This document shows, one piece after another, positions 63,060 to 64,000 of a stretch of 64,000 bases of DNA. The stretch is from the NCBI GenBank assembly GCA_963835065.1, contig CAWIEK010000016.1:32001-96000 (forward strand). The letters are read 5' to 3'. Positions within the stretch are counted from its first letter, which is position 1. Every line of letters starts with the position of its first letter. The translations under genes were made by a program, and so were the position numbers. Below the pieces are notes generated by a model, which worked only from the letters and a program-made list of their open reading frames with translations, ran no database searches and was not told the DNA's origin. Source of the DNA: an uncultured Chthonomonadaceae bacterium (GTDB lineage: Bacteria; Armatimonadota; Chthonomonadetes; Chthonomonadales; Chthonomonadaceae).

Positions 63060-63346
63060 TGTCTTAAGTTTCTTTGCGTCTGAACTCTGTTCAGGGACGT
63101 CTGCTCTGGACGCCACTCAGCGAAGGCTACTAGACCGCTGGTTATCAGCAACCCTGTTAAGAGCAGGGCCACGTCAACAACAACAGTGCGCAGTCGCATA
63201 TTCTCATAAAGGGAAGAAGATGGCGAGAAAGTGCTAAGATAGGCAACGCTGCCTACAAGTGCTACCACACCGCTCCACACTAACGCCCAAAGAAAAAACC
63301 GGATGGTAACAGGCAATGTCGAGGCTGTCTCAGGCTTATTATTCAT
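63056..63346 (-). CDS. hypothetical membrane protein
   Basis: Two hydrophobic helices; GGAGG RBS; ATGA coupling to the next gene. Confidence 0.65.
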
Positions 63347-63360
63347 TCGTTCAACCCTCC

Positions 63361-64000
63361 TTACTTGTCACTCTTGCCGCTTTCAGACGGTTTCGCTGGA
63401 GCCTTCAAAAGTACCGGAATCAATCCCAACGCACCGCCTACAAAAATATATCCCAACGAATTCGCCAGCCCTAACAAAATCACTCCGGCAATCAGCATTG
63501 TCAAGGTGATAGCGGTGAAGGCTTGTTTGGTAAACAGGTCGTTCTTTCGCTCTGCCAGTTCGATTTCAAGCTGTTTCAGTAACTTCTGGAGTTTCCGCTA
63601 CTGTCTTGGCGTCATTGATTTGCGCCGCGCGTTTCTTTAGCTCGAACTCAAGAGATTCCAGATGCAGTTTTGCTTCCTTGATCTGGATATCCGCGATTTT
63701 GTTCCGGGTTTCAACATCCGTTTCCTGTGCTTTGCGCGTTTGCTCCAGCCTTTGTACATCAAGAGTAAGACGTTGAATTTCGATGGCGAGTTGCTTTGTC
63801 TCAACATCAAGCTGCCTCGATTTATAATCAAGTTCCAGCGCTTTTGCGGGAACCTCCATGTTTTGTACGGATTGCGCCGAATGTGGGTTTTCCAGTGTTC
63901 TTGCAATTTCCGCATCGAAAGTTTCGATGTTTGCTTCATTCTGAGCATTAGCGCTTATATCGGATGTTTTTTGATCTGTAAACGTTTCGGGAACAGCCTC
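63361..64000 (-). CDS. partial coiled-coil protein with two C-terminal TM helices, frameshifted; start probably outside the window
   Basis: Coiled-coil ORF 63566-63859 and a downstream frame ending ...MLIAGVILLGLANSLGYIFVGGALGLIPVLLK...SDK*. Confidence 0.5.

Overview
GC-rich bacterial DNA. The DUF1559/prepilin proteins with the [33 protein letters not shown] leader, together with PSD1/DUF1501 and CRTAC1 genes, suggest Armatimonadota (inference). Many genes are broken by single frameshifts, most likely assembly indels. Main points: (1) a complete-looking secondary-replicon origin at 48.6-54.1 kb, with parB-parA-rep, a 22-bp iteron array, three copies of a non-canonical palindrome (candidate parS) and a nearby tyrosine recombinase, set among ordinary metabolic genes (chromid or megaplasmid candidate); (2) a stand-alone ~160-nt element present twice (10.3 kb minus, 35.3 kb plus) with a strong RBS and the reading frame MxHPSRSP-UGA-RC-UGA-GHDA, which is either a multi-selenocysteine micro-protein or an unnamed structured RNA; (3) an AhpD/CMD-type protein with a CxxU motif and a SECIS-like hairpin, missed by the ORF track; (4) bipartite heptamer-repeat elements that sit in frame inside conserved enzymes and between genes; (5) several toxin-antitoxin-like modules (ART-like with three small ORFs, Panacea pair, type I-like peptide); (6) MITE/REP-like palindromic elements. 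No rRNA, tRNA or CRISPR array was recognised. All calls were made by eye, without database searches.
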